This document shows positions 48,901-57,850 of a stretch of DNA of 64,000 nucleotides, one piece after another. The position numbers and the translations under genes were made by a program. This DNA is from Enterobacter phage vB_Ent31: the sequence record OR567511.1; one strand, 5' to 3'. The notes beneath the pieces are model-generated. The model was not told where the DNA came from and did not search any database. It saw nothing but the letters and a program-made list of their open reading frames with translations. The stretch's first letter is position 1, and each line of letters begins with the position of its first letter.

Positions 48901-49784
48901 ACATTGAAACTCTGGCGAATGGTTCAACTCTTGATTTTACTGCTACAGATAAAGTTCTGACGCTTAATCGTAATGGAAACGTAACGGTTGCTCAGACTCT
49001 GACAGCAATGAACAAAGTTGACGCTAATAAGGGCTTTTCAGTTGAAGGTGGTACAATGGTTATCAATCCTTCCTCTACTGAAATTGTCATTGGTACTCAA
49101 TCTAAGCAAGTAACATTACAGAACAAAGATGCTAAGACATTCTCAGTTGTAGACCCTTCTGGCACTTACACCATTCTGAATACCAAGAATGCTTTTGAAA
49201 TAACGGCTCAAGGGTTCGTTAAGAAAGCAGGTGATTCAATGACTGGGCCACTTCAAATTCAAGCTCCATTGACTGTTCAGATTCCTGAAGGACGAGTTGC
49301 TCCTGATGTTAAACCATCAGATGATAACCCAGCTTCATGGTCTGCATCAATTACCTCAGCAGCAATTTACAATAAATTGCCTGGCTATGGTGTTCCAGTT
49401 ATGGAAAAAGATGCTGAAGGACAAGACACCGGTTTCGTAGACCATTACGAATATGTTAAAGGTCCTGGTGTATTAACTCAACATGGTATTGGTAAGACTG
49501 CGGTCTATCAAATTTGGGCGCCTCGCCCAACTGCGCAAGAGTTAAACCACAATGCTCAGACTTTCTGGATTCGTAACTTCAACATCGTCACTGGCGAGTG
49601 GGACGAATTTGGTAAGATGTACACCTCAGTTCAGAGACCTACTGCAGGGGAAATTGGTGCTGTATCAACTTCTGGTTCAGCTTTCAATAACTTGACAATT
49701 CGCGATTGGTTACAGATTAAGAACGTTCGTATTGTTCCTAATGAAACTACTCGCACTGTTGACTTCATATGGGTTGATGAATAA
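45990..49784 (+). CDS. 34: Long tail fibre proximal subunit gp34
   Basis: 1264 aa (T4 1289 aa); long collinear identity to T4 gp34 incl. repeated …TETRRG.A… motifs and C-terminal …GNVRIVP… ; late promoter TATAAATA at 45952. Confidence 0.95.
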   Translation: MADSIKRKFRGADGFDAAGEKIVNVATADRTVLSDGVNVEFLIQENTLQQYDSTRGYTSGFAVIYDNRIWVSNRDIAKPAGNFNELYWTSVRTDAKWRVVSSGTTILKSGEFISVDTAKGNDMIFTLPNNPQDGDTIMLKDIGNKTGTVGVTINASIQDIVLRGPTNKVRSVKMTHPLSQYVFVFSNRLWNLYVSDYERVARIVTPSAVVQAQSNDFIVRRYTSPDPIRVTLPKHANTGDIINFTDLDGKNPQFHMIVSTFDDNTNIGTVGQKSIEVRTSGDGFIVYDESESIWRIWEGDLRPRMRVITDNVTLIPNEVVTVFGVNNSTQKTIDITLPTDIAIGDTVTIAMNYMRKGQKVNIRAATGDKIASSLQLLQFPKRSEYPPDTTWVMNDVLTFDGTTSYVPVLQLSYIEHAGSKYWIVADNDPTVERVDSKDNETRKRLGVIALASQDQANVDHENNPEKELAITPQTLANRVATKVRRGIARLVTLTEIQALTPGPHLDDVIVTPAMLNEKTATETRRGVAETATQAEANGSTDDERIITPKKLHNRIASEILTGILKLVRTTGTLAGIGRDTKGTNVYDYDNNIDAVTPKSLFQFKSTEQAQGGVYLATQNEVIAGGPAQPGFPVVVTPQTLHGKTSTDSRIGLIQIAKQAEVDTGTDYTKAVTPKTLNDRKAREDLSGIAEIATQVEFDTGTDDTRIVTPLKVKTRFNSTDRTSVVALSGLVEQGTLWDHYTLDIKEASETQRGTAALATQVQVDAGTDDKTIVTPKKLHAKKATETTEGIIQVANQAETVAGTIANKAVSPKNFKYVVQEEKTWESTIAQRGFVKLSEKALTFKGDTLNGSGRLLPGDLINEPALTDLPKEGYAVSPYEMNRALQYFLPAKAKAVDSDLLDGIDSTQFVRRDIDQVVNGKITFKKDVTLEAPLVSSSTAKFTTVNATISVDIGDTLGNSRINLNTLANGWNIETLANGSTLDFTATDKVLTLNRNGNVTVAQTLTAMNKVDANKGFSVEGGTMVINPSSTEIVIGTQSKQVTLQNKDAKTFSVVDPSGTYTILNTKNAFEITAQGFVKKAGDSMTGPLQIQAPLTVQIPEGRVAPDVKPSDDNPASWSASITSAAIYNKLPGYGVPVMEKDAEGQDTGFVDHYEYVKGPGVLTQHGIGKTAVYQIWAPRPTAQELNHNAQTFWIRNFNIVTGEWDEFGKMYTSVQRPTAGEIGAVSTSGSAFNNLTIRDWLQIKNVRIVPNETTRTVDFIWVDE

Positions 49785-50932
49785 TGGCTAAAATGATGGC
49801 GAGCTTTGGACAAGGATTTGTCCAAACTCAAGTTCTCTCTGAGAACAATTCCGTCAAGTATAAGCTAGCATTCGCTGCAGGGGTAGCTCAGTCTACCCCT
49901 TCTGAAGCTTATTATACTTTCCAGGATGAACCTGCTGGTGTTCAATATGACGGTCCCGGCATAAATTTGAGAGAGTTTAATCCAACTAACAACCAAATGA
50001 TTAACTTCAAGACTTTTAATATAAAGCCTGAAGATACAAATGCTGGAACAAAAGCATTTGTCGATCATATGAAAACATTAGTATCTTCTGACAATTTGCT
50101 TATAATTACTTCATATGATAGATTATATTCAAGCCCGTCTGTTGAAGCATTAATGAAATCAATTGGCTCAGTTTTATGGCCAAGCATATTCTTAACGACC
50201 AATTATAGTTGCAATTATTGCGCATTGTATTCTATAAATCGTAAAAAGATAATTGCTGAAAATGCTACTTACTCTGATTTCAAAAAAGAAGACAGAGACA
50301 TTAGGCCAGCACTTGAATTCATTTATGATAAACCTAGTGATATAGGAGCTACTGGATATTCTCAAAAAGCAATTGATGACCCTGAAACTTATATCATTAA
50401 TAAAGATAATACTAGTAAAAGATTTCCACAGCAATTTGAACAAATATCTCCAATAAGCGAGTATGGAATTTCTCCTGGAGATAAAATGCAATGGAACTTT
50501 GAAGTTAAAGGTGATGCTTCTTTAAATGCTCCTGGACAAAATATTAGAGTTAACTTAAGATGGTTTAAAGGAAGCTCTTATTTATCTGGAGCTGTAGTCG
50601 AAACAAATCCTTTAGATGCAGACAAATGGGCTTGGCATCAAAGATATGTCACTGTACCAGACACTGCTGATGGATTTACTATCATAGCTTCTCGTTATCC
50701 AGAAGTAGCTGGTTCTGAAGGAAGCGGAGCCATTAGAGAAATGATGCTTACTCAAGTGTCAAGATTGGTTGAACCTCTTATGGACCCAGCCGGATTCGGT
50801 GTCAATGGTATTCGTATGAATAATATGATTTCTGATGGAGTAAATGAAAATACTCTATTAGTCCTTCCTGATACTGAAGATGATAAGTCTGGTAATATCT
50901 ACTCAGCTGACTTCAGAGAGTATAATGACTAA
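49784..50932 (+). CDS. 35: Tail fibre hinge protein gp35 (divergent)
   Basis: 382 aa (T4 372 aa) in the 34-35-36-37 slot; AT-rich, little similarity visible; followed by hairpin terminator. Confidence 0.55.
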   Translation: MAKMMASFGQGFVQTQVLSENNSVKYKLAFAAGVAQSTPSEAYYTFQDEPAGVQYDGPGINLREFNPTNNQMINFKTFNIKPEDTNAGTKAFVDHMKTLVSSDNLLIITSYDRLYSSPSVEALMKSIGSVLWPSIFLTTNYSCNYCALYSINRKKIIAENATYSDFKKEDRDIRPALEFIYDKPSDIGATGYSQKAIDDPETYIINKDNTSKRFPQQFEQISPISEYGISPGDKMQWNFEVKGDASLNAPGQNIRVNLRWFKGSSYLSGAVVETNPLDADKWAWHQRYVTVPDTADGFTIIASRYPEVAGSEGSGAIREMMLTQVSRLVEPLMDPAGFGVNGIRMNNMISDGVNENTLLVLPDTEDDKSGNIYSADFREYND

Positions 50933-50957
50933 AGCCCTTCGGGGCTTTTGTTGTTTC
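50933..50957 (+). terminator. terminator after gene 35
   Basis: AGCCCCTTCGGGGCT + TTTTGTTGTTT. Confidence 0.6.
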
Positions 50958-50991
50958 TGAATAAATACAACAAACACATAAGGGGAAGGCC

Positions 50992-51645
50992 ATGGCTGAT
51001 TTAAAAGCTAACAGTACAATTGGCGGATTACCGATTTGGCACCAGGGGAATTTCCCTCTTTTTCCAATAAACGATACTCTGCTTTACAAGACTTATAAAG
51101 TCTATACCGAATACGACAAGCCTCAAGCTGTAGATAACGACTTTGTTTCTAAAGCTAATGGCGGAACATATCTGCAGTCAGTTAACTTTAATCAAGGAAT
51201 GACTTTCCTTGATAGCACCGGTGCTGAAGTTACAATAGGAAAAGCAACTGGAACATTAGGAGCAACCTATACTGCTTCAATTAAAGTACCTGCTCAATTT
51301 GCGTTTGAAACTGGTGAAGGCAAGCCGTTTGTAATTTTTGACCCAGTTACTGATATGACTAAGCCTCGTCTTATTGTGATGGGAGATGTCTTAGGTAAGT
51401 TTTTATATGATGAAGCTGGACGAGTTTATTCACCTGGAAATAAACCTACCAATGTTGATGTTGGTTTAGGTAATGTTACTAATGACACTCAGGTGAAAAT
51501 AAATACAACCGAATTACAAACAATGACAGGTTCATTAGCTGCCCCGAACTTAAGTTCTTTGAATGCAGCTTCTGCGCCACAACACGTTCCTCGTTTTGAT
51601 CAGATTGTCGTAAGAGATTCTATTCAAGATTTTGGAACTTATTGA
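50992..51645 (+). CDS. 36: Long tail fibre distal connector gp36
   Basis: 217 aa; N- and C-termini match T4 gp36 (MADLK..ST.GG..IWHQGNFPL… HVPRFDQIV..DS.QDFG.Y). Confidence 0.9.
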   Translation: MADLKANSTIGGLPIWHQGNFPLFPINDTLLYKTYKVYTEYDKPQAVDNDFVSKANGGTYLQSVNFNQGMTFLDSTGAEVTIGKATGTLGATYTASIKVPAQFAFETGEGKPFVIFDPVTDMTKPRLIVMGDVLGKFLYDEAGRVYSPGNKPTNVDVGLGNVTNDTQVKINTTELQTMTGSLAAPNLSSLNAASAPQHVPRFDQIVVRDSIQDFGTY

Positions 51646-54205
51646 GGAATTTATGGCAACTATCAAACAAATTCAATTTAAGCGTTCTAATGTTGCTGGT
51701 AAAAGACCGCTTCCAGCTGATATCGCTGAAGGCGAATTAGCAATTAACATCAAAGATTCAACTTTATTCACTAAGAACGCTGACGGACAAATTATTGACC
51801 TCGGTTTTGCTAAAGGTGGTAAAATCGATGGCAACGTTACTCAAGTAGGTAATTACACCACTTCTGGTGATATTAGTGCTAAAACCTTTTTAGCCTCAGC
51901 AGGTGTTTCATCAAATGGTGATATTGTTGCTGAAAGGGGTGTAATTCGAACTCGTGCTGCCGCTTCAGGCAACGCTCATTTATGGTTTGAAGGTGAAGAA
52001 ATAACTGGTGAAAACCGTAATAAAGAACGAGGCGTTTTATATGCTACCCAACAAACAGATACCGATGGGCGAGTAAACCTTCGAGTTTACAATGGTAAGT
52101 CCCATGCGGCTAATACAAATAACGCACTGTTTGTGTTTAACGGGGCCGGGGATTTCGCGGCTCCAAGAGATTTATACGCTCAACGCTCTCGTTTAAGTAA
52201 TGAGTCTATTGCTCCTACGATGAATACTTCACGACTTTATACAAGAAATAGAGCGTTTAACGAGTTTGGCACCAACCAAAGCTACGGCTGGGACGATACT
52301 GTAAATTATACCGCTGGTCAGAATGGAGCCATTGCTCTGAACTATGTTTATAAGGGCAGGGCTCACGCATCAGGAACAATTTGGCATCAGCTAATTGATG
52401 AGCGCGATGGCGCCGATTGGGCTATTTATACTGGTTCAGGGCCTGAACGCAAAATGTTTAATATACGTTCAGCTGGTTCACTCGGCCACGCGCAATTTAC
52501 AGGAAGTTTGTTCTTAGGGTCTGGTGGCGGTGGATTGGGTGTTATTTCTGGAATGGGTGAAGGTTCTTTGGCATTAGGTGATAACGATACCGGATTCAGA
52601 AATGATGGCGATGGCGCGTTTAGCGTAATGGCTAATTCTCGTGAGTTAATTAATTACAATTCATCAACTGTTAAATTCCAAATTGAGCACAAAAAAGCTA
52701 CTAGAATTACTCATACCGATAATGCTAACACCGCAATTTTACCGGCTAATAACACTTCAATTCTTGAGGTCGATACTTCATTAGATGGTAATAATGTAGG
52801 TGGTAATGGATTAACTCTCTTAGGCTATGTGTCTAGTGGAAGATATTACCATTATTTTCGTGGTCGTGGAAGCGCAAATTTTGATATGGATGGCGGTGTC
52901 TATATTAGTAAAGGCGGGTTATCGGTTACTGGAAATATTTCAACTACTGGTCAAGTTCAGCCTTCTAACTATAGTAACTTTGATTCACGTTATCAGAATT
53001 TGTTACAACTCGGCGCCAACGTGAACTTAGATACGCTAGCCGGTGATAATCATGCCGGTGAATACGCTCAGCACGCTAATGCAAACACATCTTTGTCTTT
53101 GAACTATCCTGAAGCACAAGCAGGTCATTTAACAGTTACTTCTGGTGCGGGTGTTCAACAGCGATATCACGTTTATAACAGTACTCGTGTATACTTACGT
53201 GCGAAATATAGTTCTGAAGCATGGAAACCGTGGGACCGGGTTGTAACAGATGATTATTTAGCCTCTGGTATCGGCGGTTCTATAGTTTCTAAAGCAGCAG
53301 ATGGTTTCCGTATTGCATATGGTAGCTACGGGTTCTTTATCCGTAACGATGGTGGCAATACTTATTTCATGCTGACCAACTCTGGCGACCAAATGGGGAC
53401 TTGGAACGGCCTTCGTCCATTAACAATAAATAACGGAACAGGCCAAGTTTCTATAGGCACTCCTTTAGTTGTAACTCATTCTTCAGGTCTCACAGTTACT
53501 AGTACAGCAGGTGATGCTATTTCATGGGGTAGCTTAGGTGCTTGTTTAGCAAACGATGGTAACTTAAAAGGCTCGCGTTGGAAATCCTTTGGCGGTTCTG
53601 ACTGGGCTGGTGATGCTTTAAGTTGGGTTAACAACAATAATGTTGCCAAAGCCGGTGATACTATGTCAGGCACTTTGACCATGGGCAACGGCCAAATAAC
53701 TTTATCCGGCGGTGCTGGTAATATTAATTTTCTTAAAGCAGGTACTAACCCTCGCAATATGCGTATTTTCATTGCGGGCGATACTAGTCGCGGAAACCGT
53801 ATTGAATTAGCTGACGACTCATCTTATTTGGTCTATTTTGAACGTCATCCTACTTCAGGCGTTCAATTAATGATGAACGGAAACGGTAACTTTTCTAACG
53901 TTTACATTCGTTCTGATATTCGTTTAAAACGTAATCTGAAGAAAATTGAAAATGCCGTTGATAAAGTAGATAAACTTAATGGTTATATCTATGAAAAAAC
54001 AGATAAGATAGGCGGAACTGAATTTAAAGTTGAAGCTGGTATTATAGCTCAAGAATTAAAAGAAGTTTTACCTGAAGCAGTCGAAGCGGTGTCTATGGAT
54101 AACGGTGAAGAAACATTAACTGTTTCATCTGCTGCAACTATTGCTCTGCTGGTTAACGCTATCAAAGAGCTTAAGGCTCGTGTTGAATATCTTGAATCAA
54201 AATAA
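51632..54205 (+). CDS. 37: Long tail fibre distal subunit gp37 with C-terminal intramolecular-chaperone (peptidase S74-like) domain
   Basis: 857 aa; N-terminus MATIKQIQFKRS… as T4 gp37; C-terminal ~100 aa …SDIRLKRNLKKIENAVDKVDKLNGYIYEK…GIIAQELKEVLPEAV… matches auto-cleaving tail-spike/endosialidase chaperone domains. Confidence 0.88.
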   Translation: MELIEEFMATIKQIQFKRSNVAGKRPLPADIAEGELAINIKDSTLFTKNADGQIIDLGFAKGGKIDGNVTQVGNYTTSGDISAKTFLASAGVSSNGDIVAERGVIRTRAAASGNAHLWFEGEEITGENRNKERGVLYATQQTDTDGRVNLRVYNGKSHAANTNNALFVFNGAGDFAAPRDLYAQRSRLSNESIAPTMNTSRLYTRNRAFNEFGTNQSYGWDDTVNYTAGQNGAIALNYVYKGRAHASGTIWHQLIDERDGADWAIYTGSGPERKMFNIRSAGSLGHAQFTGSLFLGSGGGGLGVISGMGEGSLALGDNDTGFRNDGDGAFSVMANSRELINYNSSTVKFQIEHKKATRITHTDNANTAILPANNTSILEVDTSLDGNNVGGNGLTLLGYVSSGRYYHYFRGRGSANFDMDGGVYISKGGLSVTGNISTTGQVQPSNYSNFDSRYQNLLQLGANVNLDTLAGDNHAGEYAQHANANTSLSLNYPEAQAGHLTVTSGAGVQQRYHVYNSTRVYLRAKYSSEAWKPWDRVVTDDYLASGIGGSIVSKAADGFRIAYGSYGFFIRNDGGNTYFMLTNSGDQMGTWNGLRPLTINNGTGQVSIGTPLVVTHSSGLTVTSTAGDAISWGSLGACLANDGNLKGSRWKSFGGSDWAGDALSWVNNNNVAKAGDTMSGTLTMGNGQITLSGGAGNINFLKAGTNPRNMRIFIAGDTSRGNRIELADDSSYLVYFERHPTSGVQLMMNGNGNFSNVYIRSDIRLKRNLKKIENAVDKVDKLNGYIYEKTDKIGGTEFKVEAGIIAQELKEVLPEAVEAVSMDNGEETLTVSSAATIALLVNAIKELKARVEYLESK

Positions 54206-54209
54206 TTAA

Positions 54210-54224
54210 GGGGCTTCGGCCCCT
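54210..54224 (+). terminator. hairpin after gene 37 (weak terminator/processing site)
   Basis: AGGGGCTTCGGCCCCT, poor U-tract. Confidence 0.35.
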
Positions 54225-54235
54225 AAGGATTTAAT

Positions 54236-55021
54236 ATGGCAATTGTAGGTGTTCCTGGTTGGATTGGTGAGTCCGCAGCCCAAGAAACAGGACAACGATG
54301 GATGTTACAGGCAGGACAAGAAGTAAGGCTTACAGCTCCGTTCTGGATGTCTGCTATGGCTGGGCTCTCTAAAGAAATAACTATAACTTTAGGTGCTAAC
54401 CACAACTATGACAGAAACGACTTGATTAATAAACTTCGTGCATTGGGTTCTACTCCAGCAGTTGTTGTAATTTCAGGTGATTTGGTTGCTCAAACGACCG
54501 GAGTTCCATGTTTAGAATTTCCGTCCAACTTACCTAACGAATACGTTCATTTACGAGTTAATGCTAATATCTATGGCCGAGGCGGTCAAGGTGGTACTGC
54601 TGGAGTTAACGTTGGTCAAAATGGCGGCCCATGTATTTTAAACAGTTTTGGCACTCGTCTTCGCATAGAAAATAATGCAGCTATTTGTGGCGGTGGCGGC
54701 GGCGGCGGCGGCGCTCGCGTTGGTAAAAACTTGGCTTCTGGTGGTTCAGGTGGTCGTCCATTTGGCCCAGCTGGTCTTGGTGAAGGCCGAGATTCTAAAG
54801 ATGGATACGCTGGTACATTAGATGCACCAGGACCACAGCCGCCAGATACTCGTTATGGCTCTCACGGTGGTGCTGGTGGTCAAGTTGGTGCTGCTGGTGC
54901 TCCCGGTAACAAAGCTGGTGACCAAGCAGAAGGGTATGTCGGTGGACAACCGGGTGCAGCAGTATATGGAAATGCCCCAACTTGGATTAAAGTTGGTAGC
55001 GTTTATGGCTCAAGAGTTTAA
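54236..55021 (+). CDS. 38: gp38 receptor-recognising adhesin (T2/T6 type, glycine-rich motifs)
   Basis: 261 aa; MAIVGVPGWIGESAAQETGQRWM… conserved N-terminus of T2-type gp38; poly-Gly GRM segments separated by variable segments. Confidence 0.85.
   Translation: MAIVGVPGWIGESAAQETGQRWMLQAGQEVRLTAPFWMSAMAGLSKEITITLGANHNYDRNDLINKLRALGSTPAVVVISGDLVAQTTGVPCLEFPSNLPNEYVHLRVNANIYGRGGQGGTAGVNVGQNGGPCILNSFGTRLRIENNAAICGGGGGGGGARVGKNLASGGSGGRPFGPAGLGEGRDSKDGYAGTLDAPGPQPPDTRYGSHGGAGGQVGAAGAPGNKAGDQAEGYVGGQPGAAVYGNAPTWIKVGSVYGSRV
54695..54712 (+). repeat. (GGC)6 trinucleotide tract inside gp38 poly-glycine motif
   Basis: tgt ggc ggt GGC GGC GGC GGC GGC GGC gct encoding G8. Confidence 0.9.
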
Positions 55022-55050
55022 AGCATAAATACCCTTGAAAAGGAGGGTAT

Positions 55051-55707
55051 ATGACCCAGAGAACACCACTACCAGGAATATCTGACATTTTATTTGGTGT
55101 TCTAGACCGGCTCTTCAAAGATAACGCAACCGGGAGGGTACTCGCTTCCCGGGTTGTTGCGCTTGTAGTTGTTTTCATTCTTTCACTTACATGGTATCGT
55201 TTAGATTCTATTATGCAAGTGTGGAAAGAGTCTCGTTACGAGACGTACACTAAAGTCCTGCAACAAGATAAAGAGGCTAAATTTGAAGCATCAGCTCTAG
55301 AACAACTACAGATAGCTCACGTTTCGAGCAATGCAGATTTTTCCGCAATTTACTCATTTAGACCACGCAACTTAAATTACTTTGTGGATTTAATTGCATA
55401 TGAAGGGCGCCTGCCTAGCGCAGTCAATGAAAAAAATTTGGGAGGATTTCCAGTTGATAAGACTTCAAACGAATATTCTGCTCATTTGAGAGGTGCATAT
55501 TTCTCTTCTGAAAATGAATTTGTTTTCTTGCCGACTAAGAAAAAGGATGGGGAGTTGAAGTACATGTACTCGTGCCCGTATTTCAACCTGGACAACGTTT
55601 ATGCCGGAACAGTTTCCATGTACTGGTATAGCAAACCACTCTTAAATGAAAATAGATTGGCTGCAATTTGTGGACAGGCTGCAAGAACTTTAGGAAGAGC
55701 CAAGTAA
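55051..55707 (+). CDS. t: Holin T
   Basis: 218 aa, same length as T4 T; …DILFGVLDRLFKDNATG.VLASRV… single TM; C-terminal …ICGQAARTLGRAK. Confidence 0.92.
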   Translation: MTQRTPLPGISDILFGVLDRLFKDNATGRVLASRVVALVVVFILSLTWYRLDSIMQVWKESRYETYTKVLQQDKEAKFEASALEQLQIAHVSSNADFSAIYSFRPRNLNYFVDLIAYEGRLPSAVNEKNLGGFPVDKTSNEYSAHLRGAYFSSENEFVFLPTKKKDGELKYMYSCPYFNLDNVYAGTVSMYWYSKPLLNENRLAAICGQAARTLGRAK

Positions 55708-55715
55708 CAAGGATG

Positions 55716-55988
55716 TTACGGCTTGCTATACATCATCATGTAACGATACACTGATTCAAAACCTTCATTAAACTCTTCAACTAGCTGTTGTTTTTCTTCA
55801 GCTGTCATTTCTTCAATCATTTTACGGAAGTTACTCTGATTTAGAGGACGACCTAAATCATTCTTAATTCCAATTTCATTCAAAAATGCAATAAAATGTT
55901 CACGTTTTTCAAGAATGTGTTCAGAACCAAATTTAATCAATACAGAAGCCACAGTAACAATTTCGCGAACAATTTCAATTTTAGACAT
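55716..55988 (-). CDS. asiA: AsiA anti-sigma70 / middle-transcription co-activator
   Basis: 90 aa, same length as T4 AsiA; …VREIVTVASVLIKF…HFIAFLNEIGI… EEFNEGFE.VYRYM.MY; early promoter copy 8 upstream. Confidence 0.9.
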   Translation of the reverse strand: MSKIEIVREIVTVASVLIKFGSEHILEKREHFIAFLNEIGIKNDLGRPLNQSNFRKMIEEMTAEEKQQLVEEFNEGFESVYRYMMMYSKP

Positions 55989-56041
55989 ATCAAGTATTTC
56001 CTACGACTTAATGGATTGAGGATATAGTAACACAGTCAACG

Positions 56042-56079
56042 GTGAATGTAAACGGTCAGTTCACCACTTCCCAGCGTTG
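56042..56079 (-). promoter_or_regulatory. early promoter cassette, copy 8 (upstream of asiA)
   Basis: same consensus. Confidence 0.6.
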
Positions 56080-56313
56080 AAGTACATGGCCAGGTAAAGT
56101 TACGTATTCGTCACCAGAGTCATAGCGAATGGCGTAGCGACCATCAATCAACTCAGCTGATATATACCATTCGGCTCCTACTACACGAACCCTACGTTTC
56201 ATCCAGTGACAAATCTCCATGGCCTCTTGATAGCTGTAATCTACCATGTCACCAAGTGCAAGCTTGTTCATTATTCCTTCGAGATAGCGTTGAATCTCTA
56301 CTGTCTGGTTCAT
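56056..56313 (-). CDS. hypothetical 85-aa protein (arn position)
   Basis: position next to asiA only; no sequence match recalled. Confidence 0.35.
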   Translation of the reverse strand: MNQTVEIQRYLEGIMNKLALGDMVDYSYQEAMEICHWMKRRVRVVGAEWYISAELIDGRYAIRYDSGDEYVTLPGHVLQRWEVVN

Positions 56314-56663
56314 TAAATTTTCTCGTAATTGATTTTCAATTCAAATTCGTCAGCAACACCTTTGAGGAATTGATAGCCTTGCATGACATCAGCAATACTA
56401 CGCTTAGAACTTACAGTGAAATAACAAAATGTTTCTTCACTTGCTTTTATTTCGCAATGAGTGAGTAGAGATTCTGGATGATTAACAGCATTTACAAATT
56501 TTTGAAATGTTGTATCTTCAAAATATTTCCAAGAGCAATCTTGGTCATCTCGAGTCAAAGAGAACCATACCACAAGATTATACACCGGAGTTATTGCATC
56601 CACAACACTGGTGTGTTCATCCCATGCTTTACGTTCTGCTTCGATATGAGAAATTTTATTCAT
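56313..56663 (-). CDS. hypothetical 116-aa protein
   Basis: ORF. Confidence 0.4.
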   Translation of the reverse strand: MNKISHIEAERKAWDEHTSVVDAITPVYNLVVWFSLTRDDQDCSWKYFEDTTFQKFVNAVNHPESLLTHCEIKASEETFCYFTVSSKRSIADVMQGYQFLKGVADEFELKINYEKI

Positions 56664-56746
56664 AATCTTTTCCCTTATGTTTTTGCTTACGACGAGATTC
56701 TTTTTCCTGGCGCTTCATATCTTTATGAGCGCCGCCTTTATTGAAA

Positions 56747-57052
56747 TCATGCTTTGCTACTGGATTGTTCATCTTGTTCCTCGAGTTTCTTAATTTGGCG
56801 TTCAAGTTCTTTAATCATTTCAAGGTTAAGCATAACATAATATTGTGCAAACAATGGCTTAATGGTTCCATTCCACATCCATGGATCATTATTAATTGTC
56901 AGCTTCTTCACGACAGCTTCTGATAACCAAGACCAACCTGATTCATTTGTTAATGAAGCCCATTGTTCATGCATCATTTCGTTTGCCTTTTTAAGAGCAT
57001 TGATTTGATTACGCAAAGATTCAATTTGAAGCAACTTAATATTCATTTTCAT
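56747..57052 (-). CDS. hypothetical 101-aa coiled-coil protein
   Basis: ORF. Confidence 0.4.
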   Translation of the reverse strand: MKMNIKLLQIESLRNQINALKKANEMMHEQWASLTNESGWSWLSEAVVKKLTINNDPWMWNGTIKPLFAQYYVMLNLEMIKELERQIKKLEEQDEQSSSKA

Positions 57053-57435
57053 TAGTATAAATCCTCGGAGAATAATGTATCAGCAGGCCCACTTTTAACG
57101 CGGCGTGTATTAATTTGACCGGCATGAGTTGCAATGATTAATGCTTCTTTGCGAGTAAAATAATTTCCCCATTGGTCTACAAACCCTTGGTCATCACCAT
57201 ATACTTGGTCAGAAACCACTTTATCACGCATTTGGTCTAACACTAGAGCCATATCTTTTGAATAGTGACGAGTTCCTGGAATAACCAACTCTCCGCCATC
57301 TTTTAATTTAAAACGATTAGCTGCACAAACAATAACTCGTTGAAGTAAACGACCATCCCACCAATCGGCTTTAACGAAACAGATTTCAGGAATCTGGTTA
57401 CCGATATTCTGAGTTTCGATTAAATCACCATTCAT
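57052..57435 (-). CDS. hypothetical 127-aa protein
   Basis: ORF; stop/start abutting neighbours. Confidence 0.4.
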   Translation of the reverse strand: MNGDLIETQNIGNQIPEICFVKADWWDGRLLQRVIVCAANRFKLKDGGELVIPGTRHYSKDMALVLDQMRDKVVSDQVYGDDQGFVDQWGNYFTRKEALIIATHAGQINTRRVKSGPADTLFSEDLY

Positions 57436-57842
57436 TTGAAGAATCCTTTAATTTTCTGCCAGATTGTTTTTGGTTCGCGGAGACCCCAAGTACGAAGTTC
57501 AGGTTCTTTAGTAACTTCTTTAATCCATTCTTCTGTTGCTTTAATTTCATCATAGGCGATAACCACCGCACATGAATCTATGAATTCTGCGAGTGCTTTC
57601 ATGAAGTTAGAATGTTCACCGCAGTGACGACCATGAGAACTATAAACTGCGTAAACATTTTTAGCTTTAAGTTCAATACTGCCAAGATGTGTTCCACGGA
57701 ACCAGACTTCCCATGCATCGGTTGGCAAATAGTACTTATCAGTTACTCGTTCAATACAACGCTGCAGTTCATTCAAAGTTTCTGGACGATTCATTAGCTT
57801 TTTAACACGAAGTACATGAGAGTTTAAGTTTTTCATCTTCAA
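57432..57842 (-). CDS. hypothetical 136-aa protein
   Basis: ORF; ATGA overlap with downstream ORF. Confidence 0.4.
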   Translation of the reverse strand: MKMKNLNSHVLRVKKLMNRPETLNELQRCIERVTDKYYLPTDAWEVWFRGTHLGSIELKAKNVYAVYSSHGRHCGEHSNFMKALAEFIDSCAVVIAYDEIKATEEWIKEVTKEPELRTWGLREPKTIWQKIKGFFK

Positions 57843-57850
57843 TTTCCTTA

